The notes under the pieces: generated by a model
The model's input: the letters and a program-made list of their open reading frames with translations, nothing else
What the model was told of the DNA's origin: nothing
The model's database searches: none
In this document: piece after piece, positions 9,805 through 20,977 of the stretch
Layout: the number at the start of each line of letters is the position of its first letter
Position numbering within the stretch: position 1 is the first letter of the stretch
Program-made: the position numbers and the translations under genes
Source of the DNA: Vulcanimicrobiota bacterium
GTDB taxonomy: Bacteria; Vulcanimicrobiota; Vulcanimicrobiia; Vulcanimicrobiales; Vulcanimicrobiaceae
DNA length: 64,000 nt
Direction of reading: 5' to 3'
NCBI GenBank assembly: GCA_963795855.1
Contig: CAWCIZ010000003.1
Location: forward strand, 704,001-768,000

Positions 9805-11091
9805 ATGCGCAAGGTTTTACTCGCCGGCATTGCATGCGTGGTGCTGTCGGCATGTTCGCAAGGAGAGCGCGCCGACGTCGGATCTGCGGCTTGGACGATG
9901 TATCAAGGCGCATCCGATCGGAACGCGGTCATCTCGCGTCCAGGCTTCGCCGTTAGGTGGAAGTTCGACAGCGGTGCAAAGATCAACGGCGGATTGGCGC
10001 TCGCCGGTCAGACGCTGTTCGTCGACACGTTCAAGAACGATCTCATCGCGTTGGACGTGCGCACCGGCGCGGAGATCTGGCACGCGCACGCGCGCAACGT
10101 GCTGATGTCTACACCAGTTCTCGCGAACGGACTTGTATACGTCGGGTCGGGCCGGGACGGATTTTTGATAGCCAAAGCCACGCATCAACCCGTGATGTCC
10201 GCGCGCGCCGGCCACATTTGGGGCGAGCAGAAGGGCGATGATTTCCTCGCAATCGATGCCGCGACCGGAGCGGCGCGGTGGTCGTACCGCACGGTAGGTC
10301 AGAACATGCCTTCGCCGGTGTTGGAAGCCGGCGCAGTGATTTTCGCCAACGGCGACGGACATGCATACGCGCTGAATGCCGGCTCCGGAAAAGTACTTTG
10401 GACGCAGCTGCTCCGCGGCATTTCTACGATGGCCTCCGCTAATGCGGGAGGCGGCCGCGTCTTCATTTCGACGTGTCATTATCGCAGCGAGCCGACGCCA
10501 TGTGAAACGGACGCTTTCGATCCGCGCACGGGCACGCTGCTCTGGACCTCGCCGTATGGAAACGCCGACGCCGCGCCCGCGTATGCGGCGGGGCGTGTTT
10601 TCGTGAGCGGGTTGATACGGCATAGAACCTATTTGGGCGGACGCGGCGTCGTCGCGTCTCTGGATGCTCGCACGGGCCGGCCGATTTGGATTTATCGCAC
10701 GCCGACGATCGGCGTGTTGACGGCGGTCGGATCCGGCGAGGTCGCGGTCGCGGGCACGTATGGCGGCGGCACGTATTATCAAGCGATCCCGACGCAAGAC
10801 GAATTCATTGCTTTTGACGCGCGCACCGGGCGAATTCGTTGGGTGCACCGGTCCATGGCGCCGATCAAAATGAGCGCAATCGTCAAAGACGGAAAAGTCT
10901 ACGTCGGCGATACCGCCGGAATTTTGTACGTACTCGATGCAGCGAGCGGATCAACGCTGAACATGACGCTGTCGCGCGAGCCGTTCTCTACCTCGCCGCC
11001 GGTGCTCGTCGGAGAGACGCTGCTGTTCGTAAACGGGCAAAGTGTTTACGCCGTTCCGCTTTCACAGTTGCCGGTAAAAGGCGGGCTATAA
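9805..11091 (+). CDS. PQQ-binding-like beta-propeller lipoprotein
   Basis: GAGG RBS, lipobox VLSAC, WTMYQG..DRN, repeated A.DA.TG...W blades. Confidence 0.8.
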   Translation: MRKVLLAGIACVVLSACSQGERADVGSAAWTMYQGASDRNAVISRPGFAVRWKFDSGAKINGGLALAGQTLFVDTFKNDLIALDVRTGAEIWHAHARNVLMSTPVLANGLVYVGSGRDGFLIAKATHQPVMSARAGHIWGEQKGDDFLAIDAATGAARWSYRTVGQNMPSPVLEAGAVIFANGDGHAYALNAGSGKVLWTQLLRGISTMASANAGGGRVFISTCHYRSEPTPCETDAFDPRTGTLLWTSPYGNADAAPAYAAGRVFVSGLIRHRTYLGGRGVVASLDARTGRPIWIYRTPTIGVLTAVGSGEVAVAGTYGGGTYYQAIPTQDEFIAFDARTGRIRWVHRSMAPIKMSAIVKDGKVYVGDTAGILYVLDAASGSTLNMTLSREPFSTSPPVLVGETLLFVNGQSVYAVPLSQLPVKGGL

Positions 11092-11107
11092 AAGCGCAAG
11101 CGCTTTG

Positions 11108-11863
11108 CTAGAGGCGTTCCAGCAAACCGTCAAGGAGTGCGGCAAGACGCGGCGCGGCGCTTTTTGCGACGTCCGTCACTTCCGAGTGCGATGTTTCGGG
11201 GGCCGCGACCGCGTTCGTGATGAGGCTCACGCCGAACACGTCGAGCCCTTTGGCGCGCGCGGCAATCGTTTCAAGTACCGTCGACATACCGACGGCGTCG
11301 GCACCGATGGCGCGCAGATAACGCGCTTCGGCCGGCGTTTCGTACGTGGGCCCCATGAGACCGGCGTATACGCCTTCGCGCAAATTCGGGTCGAGCGAAT
11401 GCGCGAGCTTCCGCAGCGTCGGACTGTACGCGTCCGTCATGTTGACGAACGGGTTTGCGATGCCGGAACCGACGAGCGGATTCATGCCGGTGAGGTTGAT
11501 GTGATCGCCGATGAGCATCAGGTCGCCCGCCGCAAACTGCGGGTTCAGCGCGCCCGCGGCGTTCGTGAGCAGTAACGTCTTCGCGCCGCGTTCGGCTGCG
11601 ATTGCAACGTTGCGCGTAACGTCTCGCGCGGCAAAGCCTTGATAGCCATGCACGCGTCCCGCAAACGCCAGCACGCGTTTTCCGTGCCAGCGGCCGATGA
11701 GCGCGTGGCCCGCATGGCCGGCCAACTGCGCGACCGGCATGCCGATCTCCGCATACGCGACGCGGCTGAAGAGCGCGCGCTCGGCCCACTCCTCGCCGCC
11801 GAGCAGCTCGGAAAGGCCGCTGCCGAGCACGATGGCCGCGTCGAGTTCGCCGATTTTATCCAC
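11108..11863 (-). CDS. punA: Purine nucleoside phosphorylase (trimeric type)
   Basis: AIVLGSGL, GRVHGYQG, LTNAAGALN, DHINLTG, GPTYETPAE, GADAVGMSTVLE. Confidence 0.9.
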   Translation of the reverse strand: MDKIGELDAAIVLGSGLSELLGGEEWAERALFSRVAYAEIGMPVAQLAGHAGHALIGRWHGKRVLAFAGRVHGYQGFAARDVTRNVAIAAERGAKTLLLTNAAGALNPQFAAGDLMLIGDHINLTGMNPLVGSGIANPFVNMTDAYSPTLRKLAHSLDPNLREGVYAGLMGPTYETPAEARYLRAIGADAVGMSTVLETIAARAKGLDVFGVSLITNAVAAPETSHSEVTDVAKSAAPRLAALLDGLLERL

Positions 11864-13396
11864 GGATCGACAAATCCGAGCCGGTCATTTTTTCCGGAAC
11901 CGGCAAATCCATGATGCGCAGCAGCGTCGGCGCTACGTCGCCCAATTTACCACCGCTCCGAAGCTTGCCGTTCGGACTATTGCCCACCAGGAGCAGCGGA
12001 ACCGGATTCGTCGTGTGCGCGGTCAGCGGGTTGCCGTCCGCGTCGATCTTCTCTTCCGCATTGCCGTGATCTGCCGTGATGACCAGCAAGCCGCCGGCCG
12101 CGAGAACGGCATCGCTCAAACGCTGCAGACACCCATCCAGAATCTGCACGCTCTCGATTGTCGGCGCCCACTTCCCGGTGTGGCCGACCATGTCCGCATT
12201 TGCATAATTCATGATGATGACGTCGTACGTGCCGGCTTGGATCTGCTCGACTGCGTAGTCGGTGATTTCCCTCGCGCGCATCTGCGGAGCCAAGTCATAC
12301 GTCGCCACCGTGCGATCGGACGGGATGAGTTTGCGGTCTTCGCCTTCGAACACGTCTTCGCGTCCGCCGTTGAAAAAGTACGTGACGTGCGCGTACTTCT
12401 CGGTTTCCGCCAAGCGCAGCTGACGCAGCCCTTCGCGCGAAACGATTTCGCCGAAGGTATCGAACTGGGGCCGCGGCCCGAACAGCACCGGGTTCGCAAA
12501 CGTTTCCTCGTACTTCGTCATCGTCGCGAAAACGAAATTCTGGAAGCGCTCCACCGGGAACGGCACGGGACTTTCACCGCTGGGCGCCGGCGAAAACGCC
12601 AACGTCATCTGACGCGCGCGGTCCGGGCGAAAGTTGAAGAAGATGCACGCATCGCCGCTTCGCACGGGGCGCGGCGCGCCGACGATGGTGGGCTGCACGA
12701 ACTCGTCGTTTTCGCCGCGCGCGTACCCCGCTTCGAGCGCTTGCAGCGCGGTCGCGGCATGAAAAGGCGCCTTCGCAAGCGCGATCGCGTCGTACGCAAC
12801 CTGCGTGCGTTCCCAACGCTTGTCGCGATCCATCGCATAATAGCGGCCGATTACCGTTCGCACCGCCTGGGATTCTCCGACTGGTTCAACTCGTCTTGAA
12901 TCTGCCCCAGATACTTCGCGGCGGAGCGCGGCGGCGTATCGCGGCCGTCGAGAAATGCGTGAACGGCGAAGCGCGAGCCCTCCGCGTGAGCGCACGCGAT
13001 CATTTCCAGCAAGTGATCGAGCGAACTGTGCACTTTGCCGTCGGAGACCAAGCCCAGGAAGTGCAGCGTCCCGCCGCCGGCTTTGACGTGATCGATGCAG
13101 GCATTGAGCACCGCATTTTTTGCAAACTCGCCCGATGCGATATCCGCATCGATGATCACGACGCCTTGCGGAACGACGCGTCCGCTGCCCAAATTCATGT
13201 GGCCCACTTCGCTGTTGCCCATGATGCCCTTGGGTAAGCCGACGTCTTCGCCGCTGGCTTCCAGCATCGTCCACGGATACTTTTCGAAAAAGGCATTCCA
13301 ATGCGGCGTGCGAGCCGCCGCGATCGCGTTGCCGTGCGTTTTTTCGCTGCACCCCCACCCGTCGAGCACCGCGAGAACGATGGGGCGGTAGTTCAT
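11856..13396 (-). CDS. gpmI: 2,3-bisphosphoglycerate-independent phosphoglycerate mutase (frameshift ~12865)
   Basis: VLDGWG, MGNSEVGHMNLGSGR, DGRDTPP, GRYYAMDRDKRW, FNFRPDRARQ, AETEKYAHVTYFFNGG, ADMVGHTG, TADHGN. Confidence 0.92.
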
Positions 13397-14160
13397 GCGT
13401 CTCCCGTAGCCGCAGCCGCGGCGAGCGCGTAGAAACTCTCCGGATCGAGTGAGGCGCCCCCTACCAATCCGCCGTCGATGTCAGGCTGCGCGGTGTACGC
13501 CGCCATGTTTTCGGGCTTCACGCTGCCGCCATAAAGAATCGGAACGTCATGCAACCCGCGCACGCATCCGCGAATCGCGCGCATGACCTCGTTCGCCTCT
13601 ACGGGATCGCAGTTATGGCCGGTGCCGATCGCCCAAATCGGTTCGTATGCAAGGACGACGTTTGCAATCGCATCTTCGTCGAGCCCGTTCAGCGCGGCGC
13701 GGGTTTGCGCCAGCACATGACTTTCCGTCGCGCCTTGTTTGCGGATTTCTAGGCTTTCCCCGACGGCGACAATGGGCGTCAGCCCGGCTGCTATCGCAGC
13801 CGCCGTCTTCAACCGCACGGTCTCGTCGGTTTCACCGAAATACCGGCGCCGCTCGGAGTGACCCAAAATAACGTAGGCCACCCCGATTTCTAGAAGCATC
13901 GGCGCGGATATCTCGCCGGTGAATGCACCGCTGCGCTCCCAGTGCATATTCTGCGCGCCGAGTTTTACGCGTCCGCCGCCGCCTTGCGCCGCATCCAGTG
14001 AAGCCGCGACGGTTTGCAGCGCGGTGAACGGCGGGCACAGCACGAGGTCGACATCGGACGGAATCGACGCCGCCGACGGCATGAAACGTGCGACGAACGC
14101 GGCGGCTTCCACATTCGTCTTGTTCATCTTCCAATTTGCCACGCAAATGCGTTTCCTCAC
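13393..14160 (-). CDS. tpiA: Triosephosphate isomerase
   Basis: ANWKMN, GAFTGEIS, GHSERR, AYEPIWAIGTG, YGGSVK, VGGASL. Confidence 0.96.
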   Translation of the reverse strand: MRKRICVANWKMNKTNVEAAAFVARFMPSAASIPSDVDLVLCPPFTALQTVAASLDAAQGGGGRVKLGAQNMHWERSGAFTGEISAPMLLEIGVAYVILGHSERRRYFGETDETVRLKTAAAIAAGLTPIVAVGESLEIRKQGATESHVLAQTRAALNGLDEDAIANVVLAYEPIWAIGTGHNCDPVEANEVMRAIRGCVRGLHDVPILYGGSVKPENMAAYTAQPDIDGGLVGGASLDPESFYALAAAAATGDA

Positions 14161-15377
14161 CAGCGCTGATCCTCACGCATGCGCGCTTTCGCGTCTTCGA
14201 GCGCCTTGATGCCCGGCAACTCTTTGCCTTCGAGGAATTCGAGCGTCGCGCCGCCCCCCGTGCTCACGTGAGTGACGTGTTCCGCAAATTTGAGCTCTTC
14301 CGCAGCGGCCGCGGCGTCGCCGCCGCCAACGATCGTGGTCGCCCCTGCTTGCGTCGCCTTTTTCATGGCCTCGCCGATTGCGCGCGTGCCCTCACGATAC
14401 GGCGTTTTCTCGTACACGCCCATCGGCCCGTTGAAGACGATCGTCTTCGCCGTTTCGATCACGGTGGCGTATTCTTGCGCGGTTTTAGGTCCGATGTCCA
14501 GAATCATCTGATCGCCGACTTGCGGCAGATCTACGGCGTGAGCGCCTTCGTCGTTGTCGAAACTCGTCGATACGATCGCGTCCACCGGCAGCAGAAGCGA
14601 GACGTCGCGAGTACGCGCGAGATCGAGAATCGCTTTCGCCGGTTCCAGATCGTCGTCGCGCAGCGATTTTCCCACGTCGACGCCGCGGGCGGCAAGAAAC
14701 GTGTTTGCCATACCGCCGCCGATGCAGAACGCGTGAACCTTTTCCATCAATTTGGTGAAAACGCCGACTTTGTCTTTGACCTTCGCGCCGCCGATGACGC
14801 ACACGTACGGTTGTTCCGGATCGTGGATCAGCTTACCGAGTGCGGCGATCTCCGACTGCATCAAGAACCCGGCAGCACTCGGAAGGTAGTGTGCCACCGC
14901 TTCGGTGGAAGCATGCGCGCGGTGCGCCGTTCCGAACGCGTCGTTGACGTAAAAGTCGGCAAGTTCGGCGAGTTTACGTGCAAAGACCGGATCGTTCTGC
15001 TCTTCTCCCGGATCGAAGCGTACGTTTTCGAGCATCACGATGTCGCCGTCGTGCATGCCGCTTATCGCTTGATGTGCGGCCGGGCCGACGGTATCGCTCG
15101 CGAACGTCACGTCGATGTGCAGACGGCTGGAGAGCGCGTTGGCAACCGGTTTCAGCGAGTACCTCGCGTCGGGCTTTCCGTCCGGGCGGCCGAGATGCGA
15201 GCAGACGATCACCTTCGCGCCATGATCGGAAAGATAGCGCAGCGTTTCGAGCGAGGCATCGATGCGCTTGTAGTCCAGGATGTCGCCCTCTTTCATCGGG
15301 ACGTTCAAGTCCTCGCGCACGAGCACACGCTTGCCCTTGACGTTGATTTCCTTGAGCGTGCGAAACGGAAAAACCAT
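14157..15377 (-). CDS. pgk: Phosphoglycerate kinase
   Basis: DLNVP, SHLGRP, NDAFGTAHRAHAS, GGAKVKDK, STGGGATLEFLEGKELPG. Confidence 0.96.
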   Translation of the reverse strand: MVFPFRTLKEINVKGKRVLVREDLNVPMKEGDILDYKRIDASLETLRYLSDHGAKVIVCSHLGRPDGKPDARYSLKPVANALSSRLHIDVTFASDTVGPAAHQAISGMHDGDIVMLENVRFDPGEEQNDPVFARKLAELADFYVNDAFGTAHRAHASTEAVAHYLPSAAGFLMQSEIAALGKLIHDPEQPYVCVIGGAKVKDKVGVFTKLMEKVHAFCIGGGMANTFLAARGVDVGKSLRDDDLEPAKAILDLARTRDVSLLLPVDAIVSTSFDNDEGAHAVDLPQVGDQMILDIGPKTAQEYATVIETAKTIVFNGPMGVYEKTPYREGTRAIGEAMKKATQAGATTIVGGGDAAAAAEELKFAEHVTHVSTGGGATLEFLEGKELPGIKALEDAKARMREDQRW

Positions 15378-15389
15378 GACCGAACTCTC

Positions 15390-17348
15390 CTACTTCACGT
15401 ATTTCGCAATCCAGCCGACCCAGTAACGGTACACGTCGACGGTTCGCACGGGATCCCCGGGAAAGTGACCGTGAACCGGCCACTCGTAGAATTCGACGGG
15501 AACGCCGTTGTCGTGCAGCGCGTGATAGAACGCATACGACTGCGCCGCCGGGACGCGCACGTCATACGTGTCGGAAAGAATGAGCGTCGGCGTCTTCACG
15601 TTGCGGTAATACGTAAGCGGAGAAACCGCGCGATACGTTTGCATCAGGTTGCCGGTGAAGGGCGAGCCGGGCATCGACAGCCGATCCGCGCCGATGTCGT
15701 CCGCGAGCGAATAGTCGTATACCAGATCGTCGACTGCCGCGCCCGCGACGGCGCACGCCCAGCGACGATCCTGCGTGATCAGCCACGACGTCATCATGCC
15801 GCCGTAAGACCATCCCGACACGCAGATGCTGCGCGGATCGATCGGCACGGTGCGCTCGACGGCACTAACGCCGGCCAAGATATCGCGTCCGGGGCCGCGC
15901 GTTGCATCGATGTAAATCGCGTGCTGATACGCGTTGCCCAGATTGTCGCTGCCGCGATAATTCGGGCGAAGCACGAACCAGCCGCGAGCCGCCATCACCT
16001 GCGCCAATTCGTCGAAAGTCGTTGTCGATGCGCTGGTCGGTCCGCCGTGAATCAGCAGCACGAGCGGATAGCGCTTGGACCGCTCGAATTGGGCGGGATA
16101 CGTCAGAACGCCGTCTTCGTGGAAGCCGTCGTTGCGCCAATCGATCGAAGTGACGTTGCCGAGCGTTTTTTCGGCAATGGCGGCGTTGTAGTCCGTCAGC
16201 CGCGTGAGCTTTCCGGATGCGGATCGGTAATAAATTTCTCCGGGATGGTGCGGCGTCGTGCCGACGAACGCGATGGCTCCGTCGCGCGCGATGCTGCCTG
16301 CGAAGTCGCCGATGGCGTTGACGTCGCCGAGCTGCAGGCGCTGGGCGCGCCCGGTGCGAGAGACGCGCCAGAGAACGCTGCGCGTGCCGAAGTTTCCTTG
16401 AACGAGCAATGCGGACGAGTTCGGATACCACGCGTAGTTCGTCGTGTTCGCGTCCAAACCGATGCGCGTCAGATCGAAGCCGGTGCCGCGTCCGGTCGAA
16501 AGAAAGATGTCCGCCTCGTTCATTGCATCGCCGCCGCGCGCATAGGTGTACGCAATGCTGCTGCCGTCGGGCGAATATCGCGGGTTGAATTCGAAGCGCG
16601 TGCGTCCCGTCAGTCCGACGCTGCGTTTCGCCGCGACGTCGAACTTCTCCACCACCGAGCGTTCGGCATCGCCGAGCAATGCGTTCGGCAGGCGAACGTA
16701 GAGCAGATACTTCGCATCGGGTGACCAGGAGAGCGTCGATTCCGCGTCGCCGGCCGCGACGCTCCACGTTCCGCTCGTCAGGCGGTTTTGCGTGCCGTCG
16801 ACGTCGATGAGCCATAGATGCGCCGGCGGGAACGGGCCCGGATCCAGATACGCGTTATCGGTGACGCGATACGCGTCTTGCCAACGCGCAATGCCGGTAC
16901 GCTGCGGCACTTCGTCCGACGCGAGATACGCCAGCGCTTTGCCGTCAGGACGCCACGCGAACTGTTCGACGCCCGTTTTGGAGTGCGTGAGTTGCAGCGG
17001 CTGCGCATCGTGCGGAACCGTCAGCCAGATCTGCGCGTGCCGATCGGTATCGTCCGCGAGGAACGCGATGTGCGAACCGTCGGGCGACCATGCTGCGTCG
17101 TGCACGGTGCGATCCGTCTGGAGCGTATGCTGCTCGCGCGATTTGACGTCGAGCAGCACGAGCCGCGAGTTGCGCCGGTCATGCTCGAGGTCAACGCCGG
17201 AGCGCGTGAACAACAGCGTCGTTCCGTCGGGCGAGATGCGCGGCGACGAAACGCCGACGATTCGGTAGACGTCGTCGAGCGTGAAACGCGAATCGGCGGC
17301 GTTGGAGACGCCGCCGAGCAAAAGAGCGGATAAAATGACGTGAAACAA
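15390..17348 (-). CDS. S9 family (prolyl oligopeptidase/acylaminoacyl) peptidase, probably secreted
   Basis: Hydrophobic N-terminus from TTG 17348, PD40-like WSPDG blades, IHGGP, nucleophile GWSYGG, DVRVP, GHF. Confidence 0.85.
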   Translation of the reverse strand: MFHVILSALLLGGVSNAADSRFTLDDVYRIVGVSSPRISPDGTTLLFTRSGVDLEHDRRNSRLVLLDVKSREQHTLQTDRTVHDAAWSPDGSHIAFLADDTDRHAQIWLTVPHDAQPLQLTHSKTGVEQFAWRPDGKALAYLASDEVPQRTGIARWQDAYRVTDNAYLDPGPFPPAHLWLIDVDGTQNRLTSGTWSVAAGDAESTLSWSPDAKYLLYVRLPNALLGDAERSVVEKFDVAAKRSVGLTGRTRFEFNPRYSPDGSSIAYTYARGGDAMNEADIFLSTGRGTGFDLTRIGLDANTTNYAWYPNSSALLVQGNFGTRSVLWRVSRTGRAQRLQLGDVNAIGDFAGSIARDGAIAFVGTTPHHPGEIYYRSASGKLTRLTDYNAAIAEKTLGNVTSIDWRNDGFHEDGVLTYPAQFERSKRYPLVLLIHGGPTSASTTTFDELAQVMAARGWFVLRPNYRGSDNLGNAYQHAIYIDATRGPGRDILAGVSAVERTVPIDPRSICVSGWSYGGMMTSWLITQDRRWACAVAGAAVDDLVYDYSLADDIGADRLSMPGSPFTGNLMQTYRAVSPLTYYRNVKTPTLILSDTYDVRVPAAQSYAFYHALHDNGVPVEFYEWPVHGHFPGDPVRTVDVYRYWVGWIAKYVK

Positions 17349-17350
17349 CG

Positions 17351-18364
17351 TTATACGCCGGCCGGAATCTTCTCCAGCACCATCGCGGTCAAATCCGCGA
17401 GGCGGCACGAGTAGCCCCACTCGTTGTCGTACCACGCGGCGATTTGCACGAGGTCGCCGTTTGCGCCGGTCAGTCCGGCGTCGATTATCGAACTGTACGG
17501 CGAGCGCTTGAAGTCGCTCGAGACGAGCTCCACGTCCGAATACCGAACGTACTCCTTCAAGTCGCCGTTCGCGGCGTTCTTGAGAATGCCGTTGAGTTCG
17601 TCCTTGGTCGTCTCTTTCTTGACTTGCGCGACGAGATAGATCATGGACACGGTCGGCGTCGGCACGCGCAAAGCAAACCCGTCGAACGTTCCCTTCACTT
17701 CGGGAATCGTCAGATACAGCGCCTTGGCCGCACCGGTCGAAGTCGGAATGATGTTCGTTGCGGCGTTGCGTGCGCGGCGCAAATCTTTGTGCGGCGCATC
17801 CAGAATATTCTGGTCGTTCGTATACGAGTGAATCGTCGACATGAAGCCCTTCACCCAACCGAGGTTGTCGACGATCGGTTTGACGGCCGTCGCCAAACAA
17901 TTCGTGGTGCAGGACGCGTTGGAGATGATTTGATGCTTTTCCGGATCGTACTGCGCGTGATTGACGCCGAGGACGACCGTGATGTCTTCACCTTTCGCGG
18001 GCGCTGAAATCAGCACTTTCTTCGCGCCGCCCCCGTCGATGTGCGCGCGCGCCTTGCTCGCGTCGGTGAAAAGGCCCGTCGACTCGATGACGACGTCGAC
18101 GCCGAGATCCTTCCACGGCAACTTGCCCGGATCGCGCTCCGCGAGCACGCGTATTTTCTGCTTGTCGATAGCGATGGTGTCGCCGTCCGCCGACACGCTG
18201 CCCTCGTACTCTCCGTAATTCGAGTCGTATCTGAAGAGATGCGCGCATTCTGCGGCGCTCGTCAAATCGTTGACGGCGGCGATTTCTATGCCGGGGTGAC
18301 GCTCGAGCAGCGCTTTCGCGAAGTTTCGTCCGATGCGGCCAAAGCCGTTGATGCCGATACGCAT
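17351..18364 (-). CDS. gap: Glyceraldehyde-3-phosphate dehydrogenase type I
   Basis: [36 protein letters not shown]. Confidence 0.97.
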   Translation of the reverse strand: MRIGINGFGRIGRNFAKALLERHPGIEIAAVNDLTSAAECAHLFRYDSNYGEYEGSVSADGDTIAIDKQKIRVLAERDPGKLPWKDLGVDVVIESTGLFTDASKARAHIDGGGAKKVLISAPAKGEDITVVLGVNHAQYDPEKHQIISNASCTTNCLATAVKPIVDNLGWVKGFMSTIHSYTNDQNILDAPHKDLRRARNAATNIIPTSTGAAKALYLTIPEVKGTFDGFALRVPTPTVSMIYLVAQVKKETTKDELNGILKNAANGDLKEYVRYSDVELVSSDFKRSPYSSIIDAGLTGANGDLVQIAAWYDNEWGYSCRLADLTAMVLEKIPAGV

Positions 18365-18384
18365 AAGCTCTCCTTACGAGTTCT

Positions 18385-19234
18385 TCAGGCCGGTTTCCCT
18401 CGAAGCCGCTTGGCCAATCGTGCGAGCGCCATGAGCCGGCTATTGACCGTCGGTTTGGCGATCGGGGGATTGCAGCGGCGGCCCAGTTCGGTCAGACTTT
18501 CGTCGGGGTAACGCAGCCGCAATTGCGCGATTTCGCGCAGTGCGGGCGAGAGATGCTGCAATCCGTACGCGCTTGCGAGATAGTCTATGGTCTCCCGATG
18601 TCCGGCCGCCGCCGCCGCGGCACGCTCCAGGTTCGCCGCTTCGGTGTTGACTATGCGGTGGATGCGGTTCTTGGTCTCCTTGAGCGCCCGCACGTCTTCG
18701 AGCCGCAGCACCGCGCCATGCGCGCCGATGATCGTGAGCAGGCCCACGATGGCCTCGAAGTCCTTGTAGTACAGCACGAACCGGTGCTTTCGATACATGC
18801 TCTTGGGCGCGTCCGCGACCGCGCGAAGCATCCACGCCAGACGCGTTGCCTGCGCTTCTTCGGGCAGCACGAATTCAACGTGGTAACCCTGCACGCCGCC
18901 CGACACCGAACCGCACGCCAAGAACGCGGCGCGCGCTTCCATGACGCGATCGCAGCGGTGCACGGGTTTTCCCGGCGTTTCACGCAGCTCCGGCGGAAGA
19001 GCGATGCGGTACGAGGGAACGCGCCGCAATCGCGTGCCGGCGATCTTTTCGATGTGATGCGCGCGCAGCAGCGATCGCAACAGCCGCGCAACGGCATTTC
19101 GCTGCGTGACGAAGTACTGCGGAGTCTCGCGTGCGGCCGTACAGTGCCAGACCGCGAAGAAGAGCCTCGCGGCAATGCGCCGCTTCCGGAATCTCGCGCG
19201 CGAGCGCGTCTTTCGTATCCGCCGAAAGGCTCAA
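18385..19234 (-). CDS. whiA: DNA-binding protein WhiA (frameshift ~19115)
   Basis: SLSADTKDALAR..HCREALL, AFLACGSVS, YHVEF, NRIHRIVNTEAANL, LRLRYPDESLTELG..PPIAKPTVNSRL. Confidence 0.85.
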
Positions 19235-19506
19235 ATCCACTCCGGCGGTTCGTCTTTGCGCTGATCTAAAATCTCGTAGAGATCGGCGGGTTTGAGTCCC
19301 GGCATCATGCGCAGCGGCACCTCGCGCACGCGCACGGTGACGAATTTCGAAGCGTAGTGTATCTCCAAGACGTCGCCCGGTTTGACCTGATAGCCGGGTT
19401 TGAGCTCCTTGCCGTCTTTGGTGATGCGGCCGTGCACCAAAGCCTCGTGCGCTTCGGAGCGCCGCTTCGAGAGCCGCGAAACTTTCATGAACTTGTCCAG
19501 ACGCAT
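19231..19506 (-). CDS. RNA-binding S4 domain protein (YabO/RqcP, Hsp15-like)
   Basis: MRLDKFMKVSRLSKRRSEA...KPGYQVKPGDVLEI. Confidence 0.88.
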   Translation of the reverse strand: MRLDKFMKVSRLSKRRSEAHEALVHGRITKDGKELKPGYQVKPGDVLEIHYASKFVTVRVREVPLRMMPGLKPADLYEILDQRKDEPPEWI

Positions 19507-19567
19507 AGGCTGTTCGCAGTACTGCGCCGGACGGGAGCGGTTCCCTCGTCTGGCTAAAGGTGGCCCG

Positions 19568-20938
19568 ATGGCGCAAGCTGCGGCAAGTATCTTCGACGAG
19601 AGCCGTCCGATGTGGCGGCTCTTTCTCGTGTTTCTCATTCCGCTCATGCTGAGCAACGCGCTGCAGTCGGCGTCTCAAACGGTGGCAAGCATCTACTTGG
19701 GACGTCTGATCGGCGTGAACGCGCTTGCTGCAGTATCGGCCGTCTTTCCGATCATTTTTCTGCTGATCTCATTCATCATCGGTCTCTCGAGCGGCAGTAC
19801 CGTGCTTATCGGACAAGCGTTCGGAGCGAAGAATCCGCATGCCATGAAACGCGTCGCGGCGACGACGCTGACGGTCAGCTTGCTGCTCGGCGTCGTTCTC
19901 GGCCTCATTGGAGCGCTGGCGACGCGACCGATGCTCGAGCTCGTGCGAACGCCGGCGAACATTCTCAACGATTCCGTCTTGTATGCGCGTATTCTTTTTG
20001 CCTCGCTGCCCGTATTTTTTCCGTACATCGCGTACACGACGTTCTTACGCGGTATCGGCGATTCCAAGACGCCGTTCTACTTTCTGTTCATCAGCACGGC
20101 TATCACGATCGTGCTCACCCCCGCCCTGATCCTGGGATGGCTCGGGCCGCGCTGGGGCGTCGAGAGCGCCGCGGTTGCGGGGGTGGTGGCCAATACCGCC
20201 GCGTTCGTCGCGTTGCTGATCTACCTAAATGCGATTCGTCATCCGCTGCGTTTCGACGGCGAAATGCTGCGCGATTTGCGCATCGACTGGCGAATCTTGG
20301 CGACGGTCGTGCGTATCGGCGTGCCGACCGGCATTCAAGTGATCATGGTGGCGCTGGCGGAAATAGCGGTGATCTCGTTCGTCAATCATTTCGGGTCGCG
20401 AGCGACCGCGGCATACGGTGCGGTCAATCAGATCATCGGCTACGTGCAGTTCCCGGCGATCAGCATCGGCATCACCGCCTCGATTTTCGGAGCGCAGTGC
20501 ATCGGCGCGCGCCGCGAGGATAAGCTGCAAAGCGTCGTGCACTCCGGCGTCGCGTTGAACTATGCAATCGGCGGCGTCCTCATCGTGCTGTGCTATGCAT
20601 TTGCGTGGAACATTCTCGGATGGTTCATCACCGAGCAGCAGACGCTCGATATCGCCCACCAACTGCTGATGATCACGCTGTGGAGCTATTTGCTCTTCGG
20701 AAACAGCTCGGTGCTCAGCGGCGTCATGCGCAGCAGCGGGACGGTGTTTTGGCCAACCGCGATAGGCATTTTCGCGATTTGGGGCTTCGAAGTGCCGGCG
20801 GCGTATCTGCTGATGCGCCGCTTCGCGCTGGACGGCGTGTGGATGGGCTATCCGATCGCATACTTCGCGTCGCTCTGCCTCCAGTTGGCGTATTATGCGT
20901 TCGTGTGGAAGCGCAAGACGCACGAACGCTTGATCTGA
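19568..20938 (+). CDS. MATE family efflux transporter
   Basis: About 12 TM; IGVNALAAVS, LRGIGDSKTPFYFL, RIGVPTGIQ, FGSRATAAYG. Confidence 0.9.
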   Translation: MAQAAASIFDESRPMWRLFLVFLIPLMLSNALQSASQTVASIYLGRLIGVNALAAVSAVFPIIFLLISFIIGLSSGSTVLIGQAFGAKNPHAMKRVAATTLTVSLLLGVVLGLIGALATRPMLELVRTPANILNDSVLYARILFASLPVFFPYIAYTTFLRGIGDSKTPFYFLFISTAITIVLTPALILGWLGPRWGVESAAVAGVVANTAAFVALLIYLNAIRHPLRFDGEMLRDLRIDWRILATVVRIGVPTGIQVIMVALAEIAVISFVNHFGSRATAAYGAVNQIIGYVQFPAISIGITASIFGAQCIGARREDKLQSVVHSGVALNYAIGGVLIVLCYAFAWNILGWFITEQQTLDIAHQLLMITLWSYLLFGNSSVLSGVMRSSGTVFWPTAIGIFAIWGFEVPAAYLLMRRFALDGVWMGYPIAYFASLCLQLAYYAFVWKRKTHERLI

Positions 20939-20948
20939 GTTTGAAATG

Positions 20949-20976
20949 AAACGGGCGCCTTGCGGCGCCCGTTTTT
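20949..20976. terminator. Intrinsic terminator between convergent genes, possibly bidirectional
   Basis: AAACGGGCGCC-TTGC-GGCGCCCGTTTTT perfect stem with T tail. Confidence 0.8.
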
Positions 20977-20977
20977 G

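Noticed and set aside
14088..16724. 878-aa plus-strand ORF and many other long antisense or alternative-frame ORFs
   Set aside because: Shadow ORFs of real genes in GC-rich DNA; Arg-rich with no recognisable motifs.
17349..17900. N-terminal extension of the S9 peptidase overlapping gap
   Set aside because: Off-frame read of gap; a signal-like start lies at 17348.
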